Source: Callorhinchus milii
Taxonomy: Eukaryota
NCBI RefSeq assembly: GCF_018977255.1
Contig: NW_024704742.1
Location: 95,482,001 to 95,546,000 of the forward strand
Direction of reading: 5' to 3'
DNA: 64,000 nt
The position numbers were made by a program, and so were the translations under genes. The notes under the pieces were generated by a model that saw only the letters and a list, made by a program, of their open reading frames with translations, was not told the origin of the DNA and made no database searches. Shown here piece by piece: positions 26,875 to 37,489 of this stretch (positions are counted from its first letter, which is position 1; each line of letters begins with the position of its first letter).

Positions 26875-27372
26875 TATAAATTACATTTTTTTTGTGGCTT
26901 TCATGTCGGGAGGACGTCCCAAGGGGCTGGACAGTCAGGGATTTGGACCCAAGCTAGGGATTGGGGAGGATGGAGGGCAGTGAGGATAGGAGGGTGACCG
27001 AAGGCTCGGTCGAAGAGGAGGGTTTTGAGATGCACCGTGATGGAGGCAAGGCAGGGAGCAAGGCGAAGGGAATGGGGATGGTGTACTATAGGGTGGGGGC
27101 AGAAAGGCTGAAGGTCTGGCCGCCGATGGTGGAGTGGGCCAGGCGGGGGACGTGGAGCAGGCCAGAGCTTGCTGAGCAAAGGGAGTGGACAGGTTTATAT
27201 GGGGTCAGCAGGTTGCAGAGGTAGGGAGGGGCAAGGCTGTGGAGGGCCTTGAAGGCTAGGACAAGGATTTTGAGCTCTATGGGGACGCAGTGGAGCCGGG
27301 CAAGCATGGGGGTGATAGGGTCACGGAGCCTGGCGCGGATGAGGACACAAGCTGCAGAGTTGTAGATGATAC
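26875..27372 (-). mobile_element. L2-type LINE 3' fragment
   Basis: LKILVLAFKALHSLAPPYL remnant and gggacgtcc tail. Confidence 0.85.
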
Positions 27373-27854
27373 ATGGATGGAAACGTAGGAATGTATAGGA
27401 CCTTGGAAGATTGTTTAGCTGCTCAATCCCAAGGCAAAAAGATTGATCATTGTTTTCATAAAATGTGGCACTACTCTTAACCCTTCACCTTCAGCTGAAT
27501 TCTTTGTCAAATAACTATCCTAATTCCCTTTTGAATTCACAGACAATATTCCTCCAGTTCCTTGCTGGATAGTTTGTTCCATCTACAGTATCTACCCCCA
27601 ACCCCCCCCAACTCCCTCAACACCAAGAAGTCTAGAAAGCCATCATATCTGACTAAACATATGACTAAGCACGAAAAATAGTCAGGGGAGGAATTGACTT
27701 GCCAATGGAAGTATTGAGTGTGGATGCTAAAATTGGCAATGAAAATACATCAAATCACTGGCAGCAAAGTTAAATCTTATTATTGTGTAACATGTGAATG
27801 GTCATCTTGATTACTCATTCAAATGCCCCAAATACAGGCAGTTTACACTGGACA

Positions 27855-28105
27855 AACTCCCTGCTTGTTGGCTTCCCCAACTTCTCCCTCCACATGCTGC
27901 AGATCATCCAGAACTCTGCAGCCCGTGTCCTCTCCCGTGAGCCTATCACCCCCATCCTCGCCTGGCTCCACTGGCTCCCTATCGGTCAGAGAACACAGCT
28001 CAATATCCTAGTCCTCACCCTCAAAGCCCTCCATGACCTTGCTTCCCCCCCTACCTTTGCGACCTCCTAACCCCCTACCACCCTGTCCGCTCCCTCCGCT
28101 CAGCT
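27855..28105 (+). mobile_element. L2-type LINE fragment abutting a SINE
   Basis: LQIIQNSAARVL...LHWLPI remnant. Confidence 0.85.
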
Positions 28106-28106
28106 C

Positions 28107-28420
28107 GTCGAGTCCTGTAGCTCAGTGGTTAGAGCATTCGCTTTGCAAGCGAGAGACCTGAGTTCAATTCCAGGCAGGGCGAAACCTTGGGCAAGTTTCC
28201 TTACTCCACACGCCTAATAATAATCCCTCCAAAACCAAAAATAATAATAAATTGGTCATTTTCAATCTACGACTGTTTGTGGGACATTGCTGTGCGCAAT
28301 TGGCTGCCGCGTTCGCCCACAAATATACAGTCAATTCACTTTACAGTGTGAAGCGCTTTGGGACATCCTCCCGACGTGAAAAGCGCTATATCAAATGCAA
28401 GGATTATTATTATAATTATT
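28107..28420 (+). mobile_element. Young tRNA-head SINE, short form
   Basis: Nearly identical to 60125-60443. Confidence 0.92.
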
Positions 28421-28465
28421 ATTTGATGATGTACAAGTGGGTATATTGAATTGTAATTGATTAAA

Positions 28466-29280
28466 AAGTGGAAGCCAGTTAAGCCAGACATATCGGGGAT
28501 GGACATTTTGTCCGTCTTAAGAGGCATCTGAGGGTAATCCAAATACCATGCCCGCCCGCCTAGCAGAGGAGCGCTGCCGACACCGTATAAATATATGTAA
28601 TAATGTTGTTTCACTCGAAGCAATGTTTACTAACTAAATGGGATACCAAGTATTTTAACCTAGAAGTTAAAGTTAAAATCCTGTACTCTCACAGAATTCA
28701 GTAAAATATATTTAACTTTGTTTGGCTGTAAAATACCAGCCCAGAGCGGCAACACTTCCTCCCTCCCATTGCCATTCCCATTGGACAGGAAGGCAACCAG
28801 GTACGACCTGATGTGATTGACAGCCGGCAGCCTCTTGTGCGTAGATGTGCACTCCAGCCATTCACAAGTCGCTCAGCTGTCAATCAATCACGATTATTCC
28901 CTCCCTTGTTCTTCCCCGTTCCTCTGCCTCCTCACTGATTGACAGCCAGATGCTTGTGAATGGCTGGAGTCGCTGTCAGTCAATCTTAGACTCTACCCAT
29001 CTGCATCCGGGAGCTCCTTGTGGTTGAATGGACACCACAAAAGGCCCGAGTAAGTACATTCAGCAGCGACCAACGCAGCATTTTGCCTGGAGTAACCGGA
29101 TTTTTGTCCGAATCAACAGCCAACAACACCAACTTGCACCTATGTAGCGCCATCCAGGCAGGCTAGCGTCTCAAGCATATCTAAAACAACTAAAAATACA
29201 AATGATTTGGAGTCGGGCGTTTTGTTCGATTTACCTGAAATCCGGGGTTAACTGGCGTTCGGCAAAAGCGGATTCCAATG
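28466..29280 (-). mobile_element. Tigger/pogo-like non-autonomous element, copy 2
   Basis: Degenerate inverted termini aagtggaagccagttaagccagac and gttcggcaaaagcggattccaatg|TA. Homologous to 1957-2430. Contains a small L2-tail-like insert at ~29121-29180. Confidence 0.6.
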
Positions 29281-29491
29281 TAGTTCCCTCGATGGCATAG
29301 TCGGTAAATATACCTTACGACCAACATCCATTAGTGGCCAACATAACCAAAAGTGCTGCTTGTAACCCTGACCAACATTTCATTCCATAGGAAGAAATAA
29401 ACTTAAATAACGTCATGAAAGGGAGATTTTATCCAGTTTTTCTGATTTCTGGAATGTGACAAAGCTTTGACTTGGACAAGTTTTCTTTCAG

Positions 29492-29661
29492 GGAAGCTAA
29501 TTAATATCGACAACAGCAACTGCCTGAACGATGACTGTATCGTGAACATTGGGCGTCATCAACCACAAAGCCTCCGACTTTATCGATGCAATGATGGAGC
29601 AAAGCCCATTACAGAGACAGGTTTACGGGAGCTGTTCAGACAATGCAAGGATTCACTGAAG
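29492..29661 (+). CDS. FBXL exon (end of F-box, first LRRs)
   Basis: ttttctttcag|gg completes T+GG=Trp. WKLINIDNSNCLNDDCIVNIGRHQPQSLRLYRCNDGAKPITETGLRELFRQCKDSLK; donor aag|gtacaa. Confidence 0.92.
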
Positions 29662-29744
29662 GTACAATCAAGTTTACAGCAAATTCAGATCCCATTCTTG
29701 AATTTAAGTCATCACACCATTTCCTCTGGGAGGACTGCTGTTAT

Positions 29745-30111
29745 GATTTGTAGCTCAGTGGTTAGAGCACTCACTTCGCAAGCGAGAGACCTGGATTTGA
29801 TTCTTGGCAGGGCGAAATGTTGGGCAAGTTTCCTTACACGCCTCTGTTTACCTAGCAGTAAGTAGGAACCCAGTTGTTTACTCGATTGGCGGATCACTTT
29901 TCCGGGAGTAATAATCCTTGAAAACAATCATAATAATAATTTGGTCACTCAATGCACAACTGTTTGTGGGACACTGCTGTGCGCAATTGGGTGCTGTGTT
30001 TCGCTCACAAAAAAATGCAGTCAATTCACTTTACAGTATATTCTGTGAAGCAGTTTGAGATATCTCAAAGACGTGATAGGCGCTATAATCAAATGCAAGG
30101 ATTATTATTAT
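29745..30111 (+). mobile_element. tRNA-head SINE, long form
   Basis: A/B boxes, extra ~65-bp internal segment, (tta)n end. Confidence 0.9.
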
Positions 30112-31648
30112 ATTTGCAGCTGTAATAGAAAAGGGAAACATTTCTCAATTCTGTGCAGTCTTAGTTTTCAAGAGAGAATGGTCTTAAATGAAAAGACCAG
30201 GTGGAATCTCAGGCCATGTTTCTGGGAAATTCTGAAAATTATTTTTAGTACAAAGCAAATTGGAGATGAAAGATAAAAGGAGGATATTGGTAGAAAATTC
30301 AGTATGACCTCACCAATATTTGCACACTTAAATATTTTAGAAATTGAGAGAGTGTATTGGCACATATTTATCTGCAAGTCTTGTGCCTCTCAGAAAGCAT
30401 ATAATAAATGCTGTGCAGTTTCAGTTGCAATTATGTTTGGGAAAACCCTGGGCAACTGAGGCATGAAAATAAACCTGTTTGCTGTCATTTATTTTTGGCA
30501 ACTGGATCCATTGCTTAATCCTAACATTGTCCTGGATTAGTAAAACCACATCCTGGATCGAAGGTTGGTAAGGTAAGCATCATGAGGTATACAGCGCCTT
30601 AGTTCATTGTTCAACACACACCTCTCAGGAATGTCTGAGCATTTGAGATAGGAACAAATGGGAGAGTAACAAATGACGAATACAAAAAAGGCAAAGGAAT
30701 GCAATTCTCTGTGTGTGATAGAGAAATGTAAATGAGATGTGTGAAAAGGCAGAGGAACTGCTGTTCTTTGTAGCTCAATGAACAAAATATGTTCAAATGA
30801 AAAAAAAGACACAGTAATTTTTTAAAAAAAACAGCTGCCTTACAATGAATTGAAACATTTTCTGTATGTTGGGCAAATTTCTGAATGTACATATTTTACG
30901 TTCCTTGTTCGAGATATACAGAAAGAACAATTTCTCCATGTGTTTATATTAGTAAAAAAAACGGTGATCACCACAGGGCCAAAGAAACAACTGACTTGCT
31001 TCCAATGTAAAAGTGAGATGCAATTGGATTGATACAATTGGAGTAGAGTTCCGTTGTTTGTTGTTTTGACTTAAAGAAATGATCGTATCCTCTTTTGTTT
31101 CCATTATTTTATGCAAGCAGCTTTGTGCCATTATAATATCAGCTTCCTCAGCATTGTGTGCTTTTTTATATACATACAATAGTAAATGCTCCCAAACCCA
31201 CACATACTCAATTCTGAAACCCACAAATTACTGAATTGCCAATTTGGTTGTCACATAATAAGTTTGTGTACAAACATTCCTCTTATACATCATTGTAGAG
31301 AACACAATTATTTCACTGTAATCATAATACATTTGTCAAGTGGAGCAAAATATCATGGCTGAATGCTCCCTTGCTTTGCTATGGACCTTGAATATAATGG
31401 GGAAATGTGTCCCTTTATTTTCATGTAGGGTATGATTTCAGAACAATGCTCTTATCATATGGCAGGAGGCTGACAATATGTTCTGTACTTTCTTATAATA
31501 AGGCTTGGGACTTGTATAATTTCAGTTAATGGTTAAAAGCATGCTGGTACTTGCGCTGATCAAGTAACCAATGTTGACTGGGTTAGTTATTGTTCATTAG
31601 ATTTGAAAAACAGCACACAGGATTTCTGCTTCCTCTTTTTCTACCTTC

Positions 31649-32163
31649 TACAACAACAACAACAAGATTCCTTTTATAGAGCGCCTTTCACGTCGGGTGG
31701 ACGTCCCAAAGCGCTGGACAGTTGGGTCAGGACCTGAGCAGGGGGGAAATGGTCAGGGTGAGGGGAGGGAAGGGAGGGAGCGAGGAGGGCGGAAATGGTC
31801 AGGGTGAGGGGAGGGAAGGGAGGGGGCGAGGAGGGAGTAGAGAGTTGAGAGGGGAGCTGAAGGCACGGTCAAAGAGAAAGGTCTTGAGACCGGCCTTGAA
31901 GGAGGAAAGGGAGGAGGCAAGGCGAAGGCGCTGGGGGATAGAGTTCCAGAGCCTAGGGGCTGAGAGGCTGAAGGCCCGGCCACCGATGGTAGGGCGGTTG
32001 GGGCAGGGGATGTGGAGCAGACCGGAGCCAGAGGAACGGAGGGTACGTGCAGGTAGATAGGGGGATAGTAGGTCGGAGAGGTAGGAGGAAGCAAGGCCGT
32101 GAATGGCCTTGTAGGCGAGGATGAGGATCTTGAATTCGAGGCGAGGATGAGGATCTTGAATTC
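31649..32163 (-). mobile_element. Young L2-type LINE 3' fragment with internal tandem duplications
   Basis: EFKILILAYKAIHGLASSYL...FKAGLKTFLF intact; (caa)n tail. Confidence 0.9.
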
Positions 32164-32534
32164 TACATGTACCAGTTGTGACAGACAGTCGATGAATAAC
32201 TTGCCCACAGACTTCCTCCATTGGCCATTTGAACTGGCAGCCTGAGGATGACGCTCTGATTTTCTTCCAGGGGAAACTTGCTCAGTGTCTCTGTAATTCA
32301 ATGAACTGAGATTGAAATTTCCTCCAAGTGAGGTCGGGAGGCATTGAACCTATTTGACACCAGTCCATGTGTCATGTGTGGGTGCTCCACTGCTCTGATG
32401 TAGGGGATGGCTTTTATCAGTATTGTCATTGAAGTGAACCTCTCACAAGAAGAGATTTGTCTGAGTGTCCGGACATATTGCAATTCTTACAATATTGCAA
32501 ATTGGATGACCATGGTACATAGTTAGAAGTAACA

Positions 32535-32897
32535 AGTCCCTCCACTCTTCTGCACTCCCCTACCTGTCTGACCTCCTCTCTCCTCACAAAAGTGCCCGTT
32601 GCCTTCGCTTCACTGGGTCTGGCCTCCTCCTTGTCCCCCGAATCCTCCGCTACACCATCGGCAGCCGTGCCTTCAGCAACTACCCCCCAAGGCTCGGGAA
32701 CTCCCTTCCTCACTCCCTTCACCTCGCCCCCTGTCTTCCTAATTTCAGGTCTCTGCTAAAGACTTTTCTTTTCGACCGCGCCTTTAGTCACCTTCTTCCC
32801 CCTCCTCCTGGCTCGGTCCCGGGATCCGTTATTATTAAGTGCTCTGAGACGTCGTCCGGCGTGGAGGGCGCTATATAAATCCAAGTTTTTGTTGTTG
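32535..32897 (+). mobile_element. L2-type LINE 3' fragment (different subfamily)
   Basis: Pyrimidine-rich ORF2 end; tail ggagggcgctatataaatccaagtttttgttgttg. Confidence 0.8.
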
Positions 32898-33858
32898 TAA
32901 CGAGTCTGTTCAAAATACTCTTTAAAAATTAGCATTCTTCAGTAATTGTATTTTCCCTTAATGTAGAAGGGTCATTGCCTGTAATGTAACTATTGTCTTA
33001 CAATCGTAATATTTCAGTTAATGCAGAGATGCTTGGATTACTGTTTGGTACAATTTGTTATTCGGTAGCTTTATTATTGTAATACTTTTATGATTTATTC
33101 AGAAGGAACTTGACGGAAGTGTCAGTTTCGTACAGGACACCCTTCTCTTGATAACATGGATGAGATTAAGAATACGTGAAGGATTTGGAAATTCATGTGC
33201 TCTATTGAGCCATGGTGTGATGTATTGTTGGAAGCTGACTATTGAGGCTAAATCACACCAGTATATCGCATTTTAAAAACTCTGCATAGAAGCAACTGGT
33301 GGCCATGTGATTTTGTACCATGCACCATTGTAACATTTTAGTTTAACTAATACTGCTGATCTTGTGATGTTTTTTTAAATTTAACAAAAAATATTTTTAC
33401 CACAAGCTTTTCTGAGGAGGATGGTTTGAACAGCACTAACCTATTTTTCAGGGAACAAAACAAATTACTGACAATGTTTGGTGAATTGTGTTATTAATAA
33501 TACAGTCCTACGCACTTATGTCAACATTTTGGGGACTGTCTGAATTTTGAAGATATAAACGCACAACATGTTAACTGTGATTAAAACGTCTGTACCATTT
33601 ATTTGCATGTATTTCATATACTATAATTACAATTTCTGTACCATTTACTTACAGGTATTTTGTTTAATTTATTTTTAAAAAGTAATTTAAGAATACCTTG
33701 TTTCATATATGACACTTGTTGTTTTCGGATTAGCTTATCCAAATAGTTAGCTGCTTCTTCCATTTCTTTTGATGGCTCTGATTGAGCAATAACTATCTGG
33801 AATCACACACACTAAATGCTTCTTTGGACATCACTCACCAAATATTGTCATCGTTGGA

Positions 33859-34068
33859 ACAAAAACAGAGAAAGCTGGGAAAACTCAGCAGGCAGGTCAG
33901 GCAGCATCTATGGAGAAAGGAAAGTGAGTCACTGTTTCGGGTCTGAACTGATGAAGGGTCGTGGACCCGAAACGTTGACTCGCTTTCCTTTCTCCATAGA
34001 TGCTGCCTGACCTGCTGAGTTTTCCCAGCTCTCTCTGTTTTTATTTCAGATTTCCAGCATATTTTGTG
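33859..34068 (+). mobile_element. Penelope-like foldback mini-element with hammerhead core, copy 2
   Basis: ~80-bp inverted arms. Central CTGATGA-a-GGGTC-gtg-GACCC-GAAA-CGTT-GACTC (33948-33981). Perfect 16-bp TSD tattgtcatcgttgga at 33843-33858 and 34069-34084. Confidence 0.8.
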
Positions 34069-34295
34069 TATTGTCATCGTTGGACTCATTCACATTGTTT
34101 TCAGGTTCCTCAGCTTCTGGTCGGCTGTCGTCTTGACCCTTCTTTGCTGAGGCGATGATATCTTCATCTGCCAGTGGAAGCTAATTTGCATCCATATCAA
34201 CAGCAAGATTTTTCAATTCTTCTGATTTGTACAGAACCTCATTGTCGGCATCTTCTTCAGCATTAACTGTTGTGAATTCACAGAATCCACAGAAT

Positions 34296-34640
34296 TATTA
34301 CATCTAGGCTCGACTACGCCAATTTCCTGCTTGTCGGCCTTCCCAACTCTTTCCTCCACAAACTGCAGATCATCCAGAACTCTGCAGCTCGTGTCCTCTC
34401 CCTCACCAGGCTCCGTGACCCTATCAGCCTCACCCTCGCCTGGCTCCCCATCCTCCAGAGAATAGAATTCAAAATCCTCGTCCTCGCATTCAAGGCCCTC
34501 CATAGCCTGGCTCCTCCCTACCTGTGTGACCTGCTAACCCCATAACAGCAGTCTGGCCTTCAGCTTCTCTGTCCCCACCCTTTGAAATTCCATTCCACAT
34601 TTCCTTCACCTCGCTCCCGCCTTTGACTCCTTCAAAGCAT
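34296..34640 (+). mobile_element. L2-type LINE fragment inserted in the Tigger fossil
   Basis: aggctcgactac...ctgcagatcatccagaactctgcagc L2 signature interrupts the transposase remnants. Confidence 0.85.
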
Positions 34641-35922
34641 GCATAAAGAGATTCAGAATTTTTTTTTTTACAAATGTGCCGTTTTTTTAAAAAACCATAC
34701 ATCGCTTTCATTAGGTTTTCCGTAAACTCTTCCTTGACCTCGAGGGCTGGTAAATTTTTATGTGGTAAACGTTTGGGTTAGTGGTACTGAAGATTTTGAA
34801 TAATCCCTTGATCCATTGGCTGGATTAAGGAAGTGGTGTTTAAAGGAAGAAAAACAAATTTAATGACCATTAACGTGAAGGTGAACCGAGTAGTTATCAA
34901 CTAATAATGCTATTTACCGACCAAGGGTTGTTATCTTCTGTTGGAATATTTCAATCTATTTGGAAAAAATATCAGATTTTATCAAGACTTTGGCCTCATA
35001 ATTAACTGGTCGATGGCTTACATTTTTAAAGCATCGCAGGTTTTTATTTTCCTATCACAAGAAGCTGTAGTTATAAATCAGATTTTGTTTTATGTTGTCA
35101 CATACTTCAATTGTTCATGTGATAACAAGAGCTTAATAGAAAGAATCCCTGTCCCCAGTGACTGCACTGAGCCTCTGAGTCCTGTGGACGTGCCAGGCTG
35201 GCCAGACTATCATCAACATTGCCTTGGGGTGCTGTGGACCTGCATGGCTCAGGAACCAGACGACTAAGACTGCCACAGAGGATTGATTTGATTGATATTC
35301 CATTGCTAGCAATAACATCTTAGAACTAGGTTAGTCACAATGAGATCCCACCTACCTCCCCCTTTCTTTGACTCAGTGGGTGATAGATCCCAATGGCACT
35401 CTATTAGCTGTTTGTGGGACGTTGCTGTGTGCAACTGGCTGCTGCATTTCACCCACAGAATACACAAGCAATCCACTTTCCAGTATATCCTCTGAAGAGA
35501 TTTGAGATGACTCATTGACTTGATAAGCTATTAAATGTAAGGATTATTATTATTACTCTTACACTGTAGAAAATGAAGGTGCTGGGGTTAGAATGAGATA
35601 CCTCTAAACCCTGGTCATAATGGACATTATTATTATTATAATGGACATCATGTGAGGACAGAAATGGATGGACCAGGACAGCAGAACAAAAGGATATAGG
35701 TTTTTGTGTTACAAAGGGCAATTTGAGCACAGAGATCAGGAACTTTTTCTTTACCAAGTTCATTTTTTAATTATGATCATCAGGGAAGTCCTTGGAAATG
35801 CGCATGTTAATTTTTATTATTTTGAATACATCTTCCGTTTATGACTGAAACTTGCGTATTTTCATATTGTTGATAAATTATATTCAGTGACGATTCTAAT
35901 TGGGACTTTCTGAAACACACAG

Positions 35923-36077
35923 GAGTTGAATGTTACAAGCTGCAGCGGGCTGAATTTGCGAGGAGACCAAGTGCTGCTCCAGGCGAGTGCAGTTTGCTGC
36001 TGGCTGGTCTCTGTGGACGTCAGCTGGTCGGGGGCCACTGACAGCGGCATTGTAGCACTGGTTGAAGCCTGTTCACG
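35923..36077 (+). CDS. FBXL LRR exon
   Basis: acacag| ELNVTSCSGLNLRGDQVLLQASAVCCWLVSVDVSWSGATDSGIVALVEACS cg|gtatgt; phase 0 to 2. Confidence 0.9.
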
Positions 36078-36094
36078 GTATGTGTTGCAGTAAG

Positions 36095-37055
36095 TTCAAG
36101 ATGCATGTCCTTAACCTTTAAATTCCTCCATGGTCTTGCCCCACCCTTTAAACCTCTGCAACCTCCTTAAACCCTCAGCGAGCACCAGCCTGCTTCAAGT
36201 CCCCCACCCGTCCCACTTGCCTCACCATCGTTGGTTGGGCTTTCAGCATATGTGCCTCCAGAACTCCAAAGCAGAGTCCTTTAGACTCACCCCTTCCCTC
36301 ACCTGCTTCAAGGCACCAACAATGCTCTGTGGCAGTGAATAAAGCAAACCAGCTGTTGTGATGTATCAAAAGATCAATAGCAAGCTGAAATAGTGGGTTA
36401 ATCCTGTTCCTGCACAAACCATTGGCGAGACCATACTTAAAGCACTGTGTATAGTTCTGGTTGCCGCAGTACAAAATGGCAACCAAAATGATTGAGGGAA
36501 TGGTGGGCTTGGTCTATGAGGAGCGACTAAGTAAATTAGGCATGTTCACACTGGAAAAGAGAAGATTGAGAGGCGACATGATTGCTGCCATTAAAATCTT
36601 AGAGGGGCAAAACAATATAGATCATGACAGGTTGTTTCAACTTGTCTAGAATAGTAAAACCCGAGGTCACGGCCTGCGATTGAAGTGGAGTAACTGTGAA
36701 ACAGGCTCCAAAGGGAGACGGTTGAAGCAGAAAATGTTGATTCTTTCAAACACAGATTAGATAGTATTCTTTTAAGAAATAACATTATGGGCTATAGTAC
36801 GTAGGTAGTTTGGGACATATGTGCATGCGACTGCCAGGAAGGTGGAAGGCTAGTTGGACCCTGTTCTTTTTTCGTCTAGCATTTCTTATGTTCTTATGTA
36901 AGGTCCACCTGAAGACCTTCCTCTTTGACAATGCTTTTGGTCATTTCACCTCCGATCAGCCCTCCACCCCAGTTCGGGTGCAAACCCTGGACTGTCCAGC
37001 ACCTTGGAATATTCTCTCTATGTGAATGGTGTTATATAATTGTAAATTTGTATTA
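36095..37055 (+). mobile_element. L2 fragment split by a nested CR1 fragment (~36314-36900)
   Basis: L2 ...cttcaagg resumes as aaggtccacctgaagaccttcctctttgac after the CR1 piece (YEERLSKLGMFTLEKRRLRGDMI; tail ttcttatgttcttatg). Confidence 0.8.
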
Positions 37056-37411
37056 TATTGTAAGTACATGTTGTTGTGCCATACATACTTCTATGTCCTA
37101 TGCTCATGTCTCTTGATGCATCTCGTTGTCTGAAGCTTCTCGTGGTTCTTTTGCATCTCATCCTCTGAGAAACTGTCGAACCAATGGAGGCAGCTAATGC
37201 CTTGTAAAGAGAACTCAATGAGGTGTAGCATGGGCTGATGGCAAATGAAATTAAGTACAGACAAATGCAAGATGATACATATAGGATAATATATAGGAGG
37301 CACATTCACGCCATGGATAGGATGAAAACATGTTTATTTATATATATATATTCAGTATGTGTGTACATAAAAGTAAAGCTTCCATATACTGTAATGACTT
37401 ATGTGCTGCAG

Positions 37412-37489
37412 GCTTCAAAGACTCTGTGTTAACGGCTGCCACCTCACAGATGAAGCCATTAACGTTTTGAGTAAAAAGCATGGAAAGAG
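37412..37489 (+). CDS. FBXL LRR exon
   Basis: gctgcag| (R)LQRLCVNGCHLTDEAINVLSKKHGK ag|gtaaga; phase 2 to 2. Confidence 0.9.

Larger units (their letters stand above)
33503..35070 (-). mobile_element. Decayed pogo/Tigger DNA transposon with transposase (DDE_1-type) remnants
   Basis: Minus-strand translation across stops and frameshifts: LLVIGK..RCFKNVSHRPVNY..., IALLVDN (34893-34910), IKFVFLPLNTTSLIQPMDQGII (~34800-34863), acidic tail (DEDIIASAK, ~34085-34290). Possible terminus TA|cagt at 33503. Confidence 0.85.

Noticed and set aside
37091..37309. Two overlapping open frames on the minus strand
   Set aside because: No homology and no supporting antisense exon chain.
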